This document shows positions 26,300 through 39,559 of a stretch of DNA of 64,000 nucleotides, one piece after another. This stretch comes from Isurus oxyrinchus (lineage: Eukaryota). The notes under the pieces are model-generated. The model made no database searches, had not been told where the DNA came from, and saw nothing but the letters and a program-made list of their open reading frames with translations. Position numbers and translations under genes: made by a program. Position 1 is the first letter of the stretch; every line of letters starts with the position of its first letter. Location of the stretch: NCBI GenBank assembly GCA_026770705.1, contig JANJGN010000041.1, positions 5,146,001 to 5,210,000 on the forward strand, in the 5' to 3' direction.

Positions 26300-26900
26300 T
26301 ATTCACAATGCCCAGCCAGCATATCAATCTCAGATTACTCAGTCTAACGTAAAGCACATGACTGATCAGATCTCATCATCGAATAAAACTTCTCCCTGGG
26401 AACCTGCATAAGAACGTCACCTAATACTGATTGCCATTGTACCGCTCCTCTGATGACACCTGTGTAAACTAGCGTTCAGCCTTATCTATGCTGGTCTTTT
26501 ATGTAGCTCAGTGACCATTTTCTTGTCCTTTGCCTTTACCATTTCATCTTTACTCTCACAAGCGTTCAAAGTCTGTTCGTGCCGCTGGGCAATATCTTAC
26601 CTTCAAGCTGCAGGTCCTGTAGCACAGTAAACCTTCCCAGTACTTATTCACATCTATAGACCACCCAGCACGCCTTTCTCCACTCCCTCTTCCAGAGTAT
26701 AACTCTTCCAGGCCTAGATTCTATTTTGTGCCTTAATTTCCCCACTTCACATTGTACCAACACATAAGAGTTGACTCTATAGACCTCCCCCTTGCCTTTT
26801 AATATTCACCATGCCATTTGTTTGTGTGTAATCAATTTTTCCAGGTCACATTCGCCCTCAGCAACCTCAATCGTTATTATACAATTGTTATCCAGTTTAC
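26300..26900 (+). mobile_element. L2-like LINE 3' fragment
   Basis: Pyrimidine-rich decayed sequence resembling L2 3' regions; no ORF. Confidence 0.4.
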
Positions 26901-27116
26901 ATTGAAGATGTTGTTTTCAAACGACGAAGTATCAAATGATGTTTTTCGTCCCTATCAAATTTAAGTAGGTCCAGTTTACATTTAGAACATGCTCGCCTCG
27001 GAAAGCTGACTGTGCATTGTTTGGTCAAATGAACGATCCTTTGCTGCAACAGGAAGAAAATTATTCACGTTCATCCGTGTCATCTATCTCCTGCTCTCTC
27101 TATCCCTCTCTTACAG

Positions 27117-28054
27117 TTAATGTTGTTGCGATTGTGATTCTTTCACGAGGAAAGTGTGGCCTTTCCAAAGGTATTACCCAGTATATGATCGCCATGGCTG
27201 CTGCAGATCTCCTGGTTGTTTGTGCAGAAGTCATACTGAAGAATATATTGGAAATTTATTTACCTGTTTCATTTTTGACCATGAGCACAATGTGCATTCT
27301 AACTGTGACTCTGACTTATGTAGTCACATCAGCCTCTCTCTGGTTCACAGTGGCGTTCACCTTCGATCGTTTTGTGGTCATATGCTGTAAGAAGCTACGA
27401 AAAAAATATTGCACGGAGACAACAGCAGTAGCTGTCATATCAGTAGTGAGTGTTTTGAGTTGTTTGATAAACATTCCCTGGTACTTCGCATTTGAACCTG
27501 CGTATATAATGGACAATGTAAATTGTGGTTGTGTCGTAAAACAGACATTTTTCATTTCTGCTGAATGGGCCGTATTTGACATGTTTACCGTTACCTTGAC
27601 CCCATGTGTTCCATTCATTCTAATTTTGTTGCTAAATGTTTTGACGGCTAGACGTATTTTGGCGGCCAGTAAAGTTCGCAGGGGTCTCCGCAGTTGCAGC
27701 AATGGAGAACATCACAAGGATTCTGAAATAGAAAGCCGAAGAACATCCATTATTTTACTCTTCAGTATAACAGCCAGCTTTATATTGCTCTGGACAACTT
27801 CGCTTATATATATTTTGTCACTGCGTGTATCCATCACATCAAATTCTGGCACAAATGAGCTTGAGTCAGTTGGATCCATGCTTGGGATCCTCAGTTGCTG
27901 CACAAATACATTCATTTATGTGCTAACACAGGCTAAGTTTAGGGAGGAGCTGAAGAATGGAATGCAGTACCTTGTGAAACTGTGCGTAAACATAGGCAAA
28001 TTACAGCTGCGAACACATTGTTCTTTACAGGAGGACAGAAACTTTCTGCCCTGA
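27117..28054 (+). CDS. Main coding exon (exon 2) of a class A orphan GPCR, GPR139/GPR142-like family
   Basis: Open frame with hydrophobic helices and rhodopsin-like motifs: VNVVAIVILSRGKCGLS (TM1), MAAADLL (TM2), FTVAFTFDRFVVIC (TM3, DRY as DRF), NIPW (TM4), PFILILLLN (TM5), FILLW (TM6), CCTNTFIY..TQAKFREEL (TM7/helix 8). A pyrimidine tract ending ttacag at 27116 gives the acceptor. Stop TGA ends at 28054. Confidence 0.93.
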
Positions 28055-29619
28055 AAGAACTCATGTTAGCGAAATGCTTGTAGAAGCGTTTAAGCGCTCT
28101 GGATAATATAATATCCTCCTAAAAATGTTCACTTATGATATAATGTCAAATTGGACTTTTCAAAGTATACTGTAATCTAAGGTGAATTGTAAGTTGTGAT
28201 AATAATAAGAATAAATAATAATAAAAATACAGAACCGCACCTGTTAGTGTTGCAGAGTTTAAAAGGGTCAAATCTGATGCCAGGTTCCCATAGTCTTCTG
28301 TTCATTGGAAGAGCTGTTCTGATCAACATGAGAATACCCGAAACATCACCAGTACATGGGGGAATATTCAGAACAGGTTTTATGAAGTCTGGTACTCTCC
28401 AAATATCCAACAGTTGCACAATCAGCTGCTTCTCAGAGTTCCAAAGAACTCGAATGATTAAAACAAGGAAGGCATGGTCATCACGTGTTTTGTAAAACGA
28501 CGGTTATTGGCGCAATTGATCACTCATTCCCACGCTCCATAGGGCTGAGACGAATCCATATATTGTATTCAAATCTATTAAATGCAATTTTCCTCGAATC
28601 GTTTGAAAGCACTAATAGCTCATACTTGTTTTTCCTCGATTAATGAGGCTACCTCCTCTCCACATGCTCATTCACAACACTGTCTGTTGCATGTTATCTG
28701 GTGCCTCCAAATAGCTGTGATCATATTTCTTTAATATGTTTGACTTGATAGCCATTCATCAATAACACGTGTGACGCTTCAACCAGGTACCTGCACGAAT
28801 TCCCAGCCAAGAAACGTCTGATCACACATGGCCCTACCATCAACTTCCTTCTTTGTACACCTATGCATACTGAATTAAAAAAAATGTAATGTAATTCTTC
28901 TCGTCCCATATTCTTATCATTTACTTAGCTTAAATGCCGTTCGTAGAATGCAACCATAGATAGACCACAGCACAAAAACAGACCATTTGTCCCTTCCTTT
29001 CCTTATTGTACCACTTCAGGAAGATGCAACCTGTAGGCATTCCACCAGCTACTCTCTGTTATCTGGGTCATTCGCTTTTCTCAGATATTAATCCAAAATC
29101 CTGTTGATCATTCTTAATTAACCACCCCAATCACCCGGTAAAATGATTGGCCAGAACAACTGCCAGTTAAAACAGCATTAAATAGAAAACTACAACCGCT
29201 GTCCTTGAATAAATTCACGTTTAAAACAAGACAGATTCGGTCATGGCATGAGTGGCACAGCTGGCAAGAAAAGCAATTATTGCCAATCTTTAATTGCTAT
29301 TACAGCAAAGCATACGTGATCCTTCGTTTCAAGCAGCTACAGTGTTTCTGATGTCTTCGCAAAGGCTGCTTAGGGTCTTAATTATTAATTGCCCACTCAG
29401 CCGGCCCAGCTACCACTCTTTTCTAAATGCTTGATCTCGCCTTTTGACAACTGCACTTTCTAAATAACCACCCAACCGCTCAGCTTCCAGTCCTTTCAGT
29501 TCCTCAAGGAACCGGAGTTTCGCAAAATAGTGTCCGAGTCTCAACTAAGTTTAGTTCCCTCAACAATGACCTCCTCTCGATCTTAAGTTCGGAAAAGGGA
29601 ATGTTCGCTCATGGTTGCA

Positions 29620-30490
29620 CAATGTTCAACACAATTCGTGACTCCTGAGATAATGAGGTTGTCCTTTCCCAAATGCAGCATCTTCAGGCTTTGGCTAACA
29701 TGTGGCCAAGGACGCTCACACCATACAAGCAACTGGCAATGACTATCTCAAAAAGAAAAAATCAAGCCATCGCCCTTCGACGTCCAATGGCATTACCATC
29801 GCCCAAAGTCGCATTTGCAACATTCTAACGGATATCATTGACCAGAAACAACATAACTGGATTGGCCATATAAACATAACGTCTACCATTGCAGTTCAGA
29901 TGCAACGAATCCCGCGGCGAGTAACATACCTCCTGACTCCCCAATTCCTTTCCACCATCTGCAAGGCACAAGATAGGATTGTGCTGGTATACTCTCCACT
30001 TGCTTAGATGCGTGCAGCTTCAATAGCAGTCAAGAAGAATGATAAAATCTGGGACAAATCAGCCGTTGATTGACACCACATGAAAAAACGTTGACTCTCT
30101 CCACCACCGATGAACAATGGCATCAGGGTTTATTACCTGCAAGGTGCACTGCAGGAATTCTCGAAATCACCTTAGACATTACAGTCCAAGCCCACGACCA
30201 CAACCATATGGAACGATAATGGGCAGCAGGTGCATGGGAACACAATGCTTTGTAAGTTCCACTCCAAGCTACTCCCCAGCCTGATTTGAAATTATCTACC
30301 TGCCCCTTCATTGTTGTTGGGTCAAATTCAATGGAACTCCATCCATAACTGCAGTATGGGTATAGGATTACCAGAGGGATTGAGGCGATTGAAGAAGGCA
30401 GCTAAGCAGCACGTTCTCTAGAGTACCTACGTCTGGACACTAAATGTGGTGTGAACAATTGACGCCAACACCCTCTTAACGAATAATAAT
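29620..30490 (+). mobile_element. HER1-type LINE 3' portion
   Basis: Decayed ORF2 end (IIDQKQHNWIGHIN..VTYLLTPQFLSTICKAQDR..YSPLA) plus the shared 3' tail; paralogous to 35400-36220. Confidence 0.8.
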
Positions 30491-31559
30491 AAACTATCAT
30501 TTTGTCTGTGGCTACACAGCTACTGTGCATCCCATTTCTCTGTTCTAATATAGTTCTAATTGCATGTAATTGGCAAGTGACCCCTCCCACTCCCACAACC
30601 CGCGCCTCTGTCCTCTTTAATGAGCCTAAATGTTCTTAAGCAGCATTATCTGTGATAATTTGTCTATTAATATCTGAAAATCCTCTAGGGCATGTATTCT
30701 CTTCATTAATCTTCTCTGTTGTAATATCAAAATGCAACTAGTTTGTTGAAGCATGTTCTTATTTTAAGGCATGGTGTTATAAACCATTGATCATTCTTAA
30801 TTAAATTCAATAGTTTCCAATTCCCGGCTAGACTCTTGACAGTCAGGACAGGTGTATTTACTCTTTTACTGCTGCAGCTGAACAGTGAGAGCAGAGATTG
30901 AGAGAGAGCTTGGAGCTGAGAACAAACAGGTGATTTTTCTTTTAAGGGGTCGTTGGGGCACGAGGGCAGAAATATAAAAAGAGCGGGAGCCGGGTTGCCA
31001 GAGGAGAGATTGAAAAAGAGCTAGAGGGAGATAGTCAAAGCCCAGATTAGAAAGTGGCTGACCTCCCATAACAGAGTTCAAACCAATGGGAGCTAGATAA
31101 TTTAAAACTTAAAGGCGGTCTTCTCCCAGAGCAGTGATTTATAAAAGTTCAGGATCTAAATAGCTAGAGCATACTTTAATAAGAAGCAGGAAGTATTAGC
31201 TAGGACACGGATGGGGTGGGAATTAACAAGTGAGGATGATAGGAATCCATTGCAATAGGACATGGAAAGTCTACCTGAATAGGCAGGGGATTAGCAGAGG
31301 CAATTTAATGCGTTAAAATATAAAATCTTACAATTTGGCAGAAGGGGTAGTGAGGGGGAATAAAGACGCAATGTCACTGAATTTGATAGAATGGATGGTC
31401 AAATGTGCATAGGCTTTGATCTTTGATTGTGGTAGACAGATGCTTGCCTCGGGTATGGAGAATTGCAGCGACAACACCTGGCACCGTACTTTGGGGGAGG
31501 GATATGGACTGCACTGGGTGACCTTTGAATATGGACGACCTTTCATTTCTGAGTAAGTT

Positions 31560-33070
31560 TGAAGGTGTCTGTTTAAGAGAAATAAATGAGCGCCCTATTC
31601 ATATTTCGGTTTCAATGACTAGCACGATCAGAGACAGAGAAAATGGGGGAATGGTGCTCGGGTGCGGAGAAAATGCAGAAAAAAATAGGATATGATAAGA
31701 CCCTGAAATGTTCTCCAGAAAACTAGAAGGCTTTGAAAAGTTTTTCGGCACGTCTGCAAAATATTGCATTAAGGCACTTCAGGGAATGTACCAGCGAAGA
31801 GCCTGGTGCACATGAAAAATCGCTGATGTGGCTTCTTGATTCCGCTGCAAATTGTACGTCTCAGAAACCGCCCAGATATTATGGAAGGAATGCTGCAGTG
31901 CCTGGAAACATTGCAATGACAGTTGGCAATGTCATCGAATTATCTAAGGAGCAAGATCAAAATCCAACAAATTGAATTAGCACAAAGTCAAGGTTCCCAG
32001 AAATGAAGGCACCAGATGAGTAACGCAGGGATAAATAAATAAGGTGAAGAAAGAATGGCAAGCAACTTTGACAGGCATTATTGCAGTCGTCCAGCTCCAG
32101 TTGATCATAACTCAGAATTTCGATGAACAAATGCAACACCTTATGAACACAGCAATGAAACCTTCCTTGGATTAATTGTCATTAGAGCTAAATTCGACCC
32201 AATGATACAAGGATATGTCCCATGCATCAAAAACTAATACAATCCTGACCATTTTCTTTGACCTCGCATTCAAAAAGAACTAATTTCGACGATGGCATCG
32301 CAGGTGAAGAAAATACACATAATTGTAATGGTGAAAGCTGCAAAACACGTTGTGCTTATGCTTGACGGTACCGCTGGTCTGAGTGATGAAGATCAGATAT
32401 TCGTTGTGCTTCTTTAGGTTGATCTGACTTCTGAAGATGTGAATCGAAGGGAGTATTTGATTCAGTTTCTGCTGATTCAAGAGAACATTTTGCAAGGCCT
32501 AATTTTGTCAATGATGCGCCAGATGGGCGAGGACTTTAGAGCACTGACTGCAAGAGGCAGTAACATAACAATCGGCTAAACATTAAGGATCAGAAACAAA
32601 GGTATAGTCCTGCCCCCTTCATCACAACCATCGGGGCTTGTTAACTCCACGAGGCTGCCACAAATTGGAAGATATAGTAAAGTATACTTCTAAAACCACC
32701 GCATTCTTTTGGAGCTGGGCCGTGAATTTGAGTAAGTATTTCAGTTTGAAATAATGGTTGACATATATTGAGAGCAGATGCTTCCTGTGTAACAATAAAG
32801 TCGTTTTCAGACTGTTGGTGGCATTTTTAACGCAGAATGGAAATGCAATCTGTTCCAAAACAGCTGATTTCAGTATGAAATTGATTACAGTTGCTGAAGA
32901 TTGTCACAACTCAAATGTTAATATAGAGGCATATTCCAGGATCAACGACGAAGATGAAGCTTTCGAATTTCGCTTTGCAATGGTTGAGTGGTAGGACAGC
33001 ATATTCGCTACAAGCATTGTGACTCAGAACATTCAATCCTTCAAAATGCAGCTTCGTGTGGCTTTAGTAT
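31560..33070 (+). mobile_element. hAT transposase remnant (ZMYM1/DUF4371-like)
   Basis: Broken translation: GFND at ~31607, DCKRQ*HNNRLNIK at ~32545 (cf. DCRGQ.YDNGANMKG), FEFRFAMVEW*DSIFATSIVTQNIQSFKMQLRVA at ~32960-33062. Confidence 0.7.
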
Positions 33071-33079
33071 TTCGGAGGG

Positions 33080-34500
33080 ATAGGCGAAAATGAAAAGCAG
33101 GCTGCATAGCACTCTTAATAAGGGAATATATTATTGTTAAGAGCGGATCTTTCATCAAACCTTGATGGGCCAATTTGTGAGGAGCTGGGAAACGGCAAAT
33201 GGATCAGATATCAGTGGGAGTTGTTTATAGGCCACCAAACATTTGTGTCACATTAAATATCAGGAAATTCGATCTGGATGTAACATGGTTAAAGCAGGAA
33301 AATGGGAAACTTCGATTTACAAAGAGACAATGATTTACCAAATCAGCACTCATAACCTGGAAGAGGAATTCATTGAATGTATGTGTGACTGGTGTCAGCA
33401 CAAATACGTTAAAGAGCCAACTAGGGATCGACCTAGACAGGATTTAGTGCTAAGCCATGAGAAAGGTTCAATGGATGTCCGTGCTTTCAGGGATTCTTTG
33501 GGAAATAATGACGATAACGTGATAACATTTTGCAAAAATGTATTACATCGGTATGCTCTACTCTAAAGCTCGGTTCTCAAATCTGACTAAAGGAAATTAT
33601 GAATGAAAGAGAGGCAAGTTGGCTATGGTGCATTGTCAAAGTATAGCAAAAGGTTTGTCAGTAGACAGGCAATGGCGAGTATTTAAGGAAAGGATGCTGT
33701 GTCTACATCAGACATGCATTCATCGAAAGCTCAAGCACTCACAGGGAAAGATACTCATGGATTGTTAACAAATGAATTTAAATATTGCATTACATGAAAT
33801 GAAATAATTTATCGCAGCACATGAAAGACATGGTAAATCTGAGGGTTGGGGGAAATTTGGAACCCAGCAAAGGAGGACTAAGAAATAGATTTAGAAATGG
33901 GAAGAGAATGGATTACTATCCAGCGAGGAATGTAAAGAACAAATCTGGGCACTTTACATGTGGGTACAGAAATATTTATCGTGGAGAAAAGGGAAACAGC
34001 ATAGCAACGAAAACGTAACTTTTAGCTTATCATCACCAAAGAACATACAGAATATTTCCAAGATAAGCTAGGCAACCAAGTGACTTGTGAAACAGGGGTG
34101 TAAAAAGAAATAAATAGTATTAGTGAAGAAGGTAGTACTTGAAATGTGAACTTGGATTGACGATTACATAATTGGCTGGATTAGAATTGCTTCATCTCAA
34201 GAGCTCCGAAGGAGGAGTCTGAAGAAACGTTGGATGCATTGGTTGTTTTCTTGCAAAATTTTGTAGCTTCTGGAAAGTCTCCAGCTCAATGCAAAGTATC
34301 AGATGTTGAATCACTATTTCAGAATGGAACCAACGGGACGAGATGCAATTGCAGACATGTTAGTTTGACTTAACTGGTATGGAAAATGTCATAATGTATT
34401 AGTACGATGCGGTAACTGGGTATTTAGTAAAAACTGGTAAGATTGCGCAGTGTCAACAAGGGTATATGAAAAGGGAATCATGTTAGACAGAAAATTGAAC
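33080..34500 (+). mobile_element. CR1 LINE ORF2 fragment (endonuclease to RT start)
   Basis: VGVVYRPP at ~33215, EEEFIEC..YVKEPTRDRPRQDLVLS, and CRHVSLT near 34350. Confidence 0.85.
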
Positions 34501-34549
34501 AACTCCCTGCATAAGGAGGCTCCATAAATATCCACATTTACCATGCTGC

Positions 34550-36225
34550 GAGGGCCCAGCTCATCAAAGGAAAATATAAAGATGAAGCATTCGCAAAAGT
34601 ATTCCTCTAGAGGTGCCAAGTGGATGACCCATCTTGGCCCCCTCCGTAGGTTCCCCAGAGCACAGATGATAATCTTCAGCCAAGTGCCTACACTCTCCTT
34701 GATATCAGAGAGCTGCGGAACCTGTGGATACTGCAAGACTTTGGGCACCAATAATCTTCCAGCAATTGTACTGAATGCTTGTGAACCCGATAGTGCCCTC
34801 TGCAATACCCATGCTTCAACAGTACAGATTCAACATTGGCACATACCCATATATGTGAAATATTGCGAAGGGACGTGATACAGAAAACCAATCACAAACC
34901 CAGCCCGTTCACTAACAGTTGCATCAGCTTCCATTTCATCATCAGGAAAGTAATGGAAGGGTGCATCAAGGGGCATCTGATCATCATTACTCTTCTCACT
35001 GAGGCTCAGTTTGTGTTCCACAAGGTGCAGTCTGTTCCCAACAGCATCACAGCCATTGACCAAACATGGAGACAAGAGCTGAACTCCAGATGTGACGTGA
35101 CATTGGCCACACTTAACATCAAGTCAGTATGTGATCAGAAGTATCATCAAGGCGAACTCAAATAACAGCAGTCAATGCAAATCATCGGAAAAACTCGCCG
35201 TCGGATGGAATCATATCTGGCACAGATGAATATGGTAGTGATAGTTGAAGGTCATTCATCTCAGTTCAAGGATGTCACTGCAAGAGATGCTCAGTATTGT
35301 GCCTAGTCCTCAGCACCTTCAGCTGCTTCATCTATCACCTTTCTTCCCCCATACGCTCAGAAGTGGGGATGTTCGATGACGATTGCTCAATGGAAAGAAC
35401 ATTTGCAACTCCTCAAATACTGAGCCGTCCATGCCCACATATAGGAAAGTCTGGACATTGTCCAGGCTTGGGGAGAGAAGTGTCAAGTAAGGTTCACCTC
35501 ACATACGTACTAAACAATGTTTATCTCCAAAAAATTTTCTAACCATCGTCCCTTGGCATTCAACGAAATTATGATTTCCGAAACCCCGCAATCATGATCC
35601 TCAGAATAACCATTGACTAGTAACTGAACTGGCCAACCAGTCAAATACTGTGGCTACAGGAGCAGGCCAGAGGCTAGGAAATCTTTGGCGAGTAACTCAC
35701 CAGCTGACTCCCCAATGCTTGGCCACCGTCTACAATACACAACGCAGGAGTTCCCAGATAAATGCTGCTCCAATAGCCCTCAGGAACCTCAAAACCATCC
35801 ACCACAAAGCTTGATTGGCAGCCCGTCAATAATCACGCGCTCCCTCCATCACTGACGAACAGCAGCGGCAGTTTGCACCAGCTAAAATATTTTCCTCAGT
35901 AGCACTCTCCACTCTTCCTCGTACAGTACATCCCAAATCCACAACAGCTGTCATCTGGAAGGACAGGAACAGCAGGCACATGGAACACCAGCGCTGCAAG
36001 TTTTCCTCCCCACCACTCACCATCCTGGCTTGGGACTATCGCCGTTCCTTCATTGTCGCTTGGTCAGACCCTGGAACTACCTCCCTAACTGAACTGTGGG
36101 TTTATGTGCATCACATACACAGCCATGGCACAATAACGTAGCTCCCCACCAACTTCTCAAGGGTACGAAGGACGAGCAGTAAGTGGCTGCCTAGGCTGCA
36201 ATGCCATCCTCCCTTAAAGAAGAAT
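34550..36225 (+). mobile_element. HER1-type LINE, RT and 3' tail, 5'-truncated
   Basis: ISFHFIIRKVMEG, LLTEAQFVF, VTLATLNIKSVCD, STFSCFI..SEVGMFDDDC (RT motifs) followed by the family 3' tail. Confidence 0.85.
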
Positions 36226-36849
36226 AACGATATAGACGTGCTAATGAGGCAACAATGCTCACATTGTTTCACCATGCTCACCATCATTATGTATATCTCT
36301 GCAGCCTTTCTGTTCTCCCCTCAGCTTACCTTTCTGCATCGCCTATATCATCAGCAAAGGTAATTACATATTTCTTTGTTTCTTCTATCGCTTCATTAAG
36401 ATTGATTTTAAGAGCCATTCAGCAACTTTCAGCCTTTTACAAAGGAACAGAAAAAGGTCATTCTGAGCATCGGGCATTTTTGTATTGAAATGGAGTAGGT
36501 ATTCAATGCCTCGAGCCAGTTTCACAGAATTAGAGGAAGGCTATTAAGTCCTTCTTGTGTTTGTTACAAATGAGCAGGAGGAAGCATTCAGCATTATTCG
36601 ATCCTATGACACAGGGAAAGTGAGAAACACGATTCATGCTATTTTCGACCCTGAAAGAGGGGAGCAGGGGGACATTTTGCACCCACAGACTGTTGCCGTG
36701 GAAAAGTGGGGACTGACTGTATGGAAGCAATTAGCAGGGCGTTGGAATGCTGAACACAGGCACTAATGGATCACAGAAGTTTGGATAATTATGCTTCTCT
36801 TGTTGTATTGCAAATGTTGCCGTTTATCAATGTTAATGATTTCTTTAAC

Positions 36850-39330
36850 AAAAATAAACACACCTGAAAGTACTCTGCTGGACTGGCAACTTCTGCGGAG
36901 AGGAAGACAATTAACGTTTCGAGTCCATAGGACTCTTCAACAGACCTAAGTAAAAATAGTAGAGAAGTGAAATATAAGCTGGTTTAAGGCGGGGGTGGGG
37001 GGGGGGGAGGCGGTGACCAGTCGAAATGGATGGATGGCCAGTGACAGGTGGAGATAGCCAAAAGATGGCATAGAGAAAAGTACAAAAAGGTGTTGGCGGT
37101 GGTGGTATAATCTAAGGAATCTGCAAATTATGGGTAGAAAGCAGAAGAAGCAGGGTACAAATAGTGGGGGTAGGGAGGGGTGAAGGAATCAAAAAAGGCC
37201 AAAAGGTAGAGATAAAAGAATAGGTGGAAATACATTTAAAAATACTGGAAATAGGTGGTAAACTAAAAGTCTATTTAAATTATTGGAAAAAGGGGGTGGA
37301 TCGGAAAGGGCTGGTGTTGGTAGAGAGAGTTCATGATCTGAAATTGGTGATCTCAATATTCAGCGGAAGGCTGTAAAGTGCCTACTCCGAAGATGAGGTG
37401 CTGTTCCTCCAGTTCACTGGCCCTAACCGCCTCCACTTCACCATGGATGTTCAATCACTCAACACCTCCATTCCCCACCGGGATAGCCTGATGGCTTTCC
37501 AATTCTTCCTCGAACAGAGGCCCGAACAATATCCATCCACAAGTACTCTCCTCCGTCTATTTGAATTTGTTCTGACACAGAACAATTTCTCCTTATACTC
37601 CTCTCACTTCCTGCAATTAAAAGTTGTGGCTATGGGTAACCACATGGGTCCTAGCTATTCCTGTCTTCTTTTGGGGTATGTGGAACATTCATGGTTCTAG
37701 TCCTACTCTGGCCACTTCCCACAACTTTTTCTCTGGTACATCGATGATGACTTCGGTGCTGCTTCATGCTCTCGCCTGGACTTGGAAAAAAAATATTAAA
37801 TATGCTTGCAATTTACACCCCTCCATCATTTTCACATGGTCAATCTCGGACACTTCCCTCCGAATCCTTGACCTCCCTGTCTCAGTTTCTGGTGTTTCAC
37901 TGTACACCAATATCCGTTATAAGCCTACCGACTCCCACTGCTACCTTGACTACAGTTCCTTACACCCCGCTTCCTTTAAGAGATCCATCGCCGTCTGTCA
38001 GTTCTTTCACCACCATCGCATCTGTTTTGATCATGTCACTTTCAGAAAAAGTTCCTCTGACATGTCCTTCTTCTTCCTTAAGTGAGGATTTCCACCCATG
38101 GTGGTTAAAAGGGCACTCAACCGTGTCCAGCCCATCTCCCGTGCATCCGCCCTCACATTTTCCTCTCTGTCCCAGATACATGATAGTGTCACCCTTGTCC
38201 TCATCTATCAACTCAACAGCCTTCGCGTTCAGAGTATCATGCTCGGCCATTTCCGCTAACTCCAACATGATGCCAGCACCAAACACATCTCTTTACCTCT
38301 CCCGCCGGCATTCCAGAAGGATCATTCCCTCTTTGGCACTCTGGTCCACTCCTCCTTGGCCTCCTAAATCACAACCCCTCCCATGGCACCTTCCCATGGA
38401 ACTGTAGAAATTGCAACATCTGCCAATTTACTTCCCCTCTCCTCACCGCCCAAGAGCCCAAACACTCCTTTCAAGTGAAGCAGCATTTCACTTGCACTTG
38501 CCTCAATTTGGTCCACTCCATTCATTGCTCCCAATGCGTTTCCACTACATTGGAGAGACCAAGCACAGACTGGGTGACTGCATTGAACAACAACTTTGGT
38601 CTGTCTGCACGCATTACCCAGACCTCCCTGTCGCATGGCATTTCAACACTCCACCCTGCTCTCATGCCCACATGTGCGTCCTTGGCCTGCTGCATTGTTC
38701 CAATGAAGCTCACCACAAACTGAAGGAACAGCACCTCATCTTCCGACTGGGCACTTTACTGCCTTCCGGACTGAATATTGAGTTCAACAACTTTAGATCA
38801 TGAACTGTCTCCTCCATCCCCACCCACTTTCTGATCCACTCGCACACTTTTTTTCCAGTAAGATTTACACCTATTTCCTTCATTTTTAAATTTATTTCTA
38901 TCCATTGTGTTATCTCTACCTTTTAGTCCTTTTCGATTCTCTCACCCCACGCAAACCCCTTTCGAGCTATCTGTACCTTGCTTCTCTTGCTATCCAACGT
39001 TAAACAACGCATTCTGTATATAATATCATCACCTCCAACACATCTTTGTCCTCTTGTCTATAACATCATTTGAATAGCTGCACAAATCACTGGCCCTCTA
39101 TCCAGACCTACCTGTCCCAGCGCCTCATACCCCCCCACACACACCCATCCCCGCCGCCCCTCCACCCCCCATATAACCAGCTTATATTTCACCTCTCTTC
39201 TATTTATCTTAGTTCTGTTGAAGAGTCATACAGACTAGAACTGTTAACTATGTTCCTCTCCGCAGATGCTGCCTGATCTGCTAGATTTTATTTTTGTTTT
39301 GAATTTCCAGCATCCGCAGTTTTTTTTCTT
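36850..39330 (+). mobile_element. Penelope-like retroelement (RT + GIY-YIG) with inverted copy of its 3' end upstream
   Basis: FTMDVQSLNTSIPH, VLTQNNFS, VAMGNHMGPSY, YIDD, YKPTDSHCYLDY, YIGETKHRLGD, EQHLIFRLGTL.P.GLNIEF, with frameshifts. 36850-37415 is the reverse complement of ~38715-39300. Confidence 0.92.
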
Positions 39331-39559
39331 TACCATAATGATTTTTTTATTGTTGTTGGTTTTCATGACAAGAAAGTAACCATGTGGAAGCTGTGATGGG
39401 TATCTCTGGCACATGCAACCATGAGGATTGAGGGATGTATGGTGCTGAAGTGAAGTTGTCAGATGATAACAGGGGATACTGCAAACACTGCCCAATATCG
39501 GTTTAGGTATTTACACTATATGGCAAGAATCACAAGAAGAAATGTCTGCCGTTTATGGT

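Noticed and set aside
27017-27116. 5' extension of the 345-aa ORF (MFGQMNDP...)
   Set aside because: It starts at TTG and runs through a pyrimidine tract and AG acceptor, so it is intronic. The upstream 70-nt exon supplies the missing half of TM1.
27316-27915. Antisense ORFs over the GPCR exon
   Set aside because: Shadow frames of the real coding strand.
36986-37015. G-rich tract with quadruplex potential
   Set aside because: An ordinary variable G/C run inside the Penelope UTR, mirrored at ~39130-39170.
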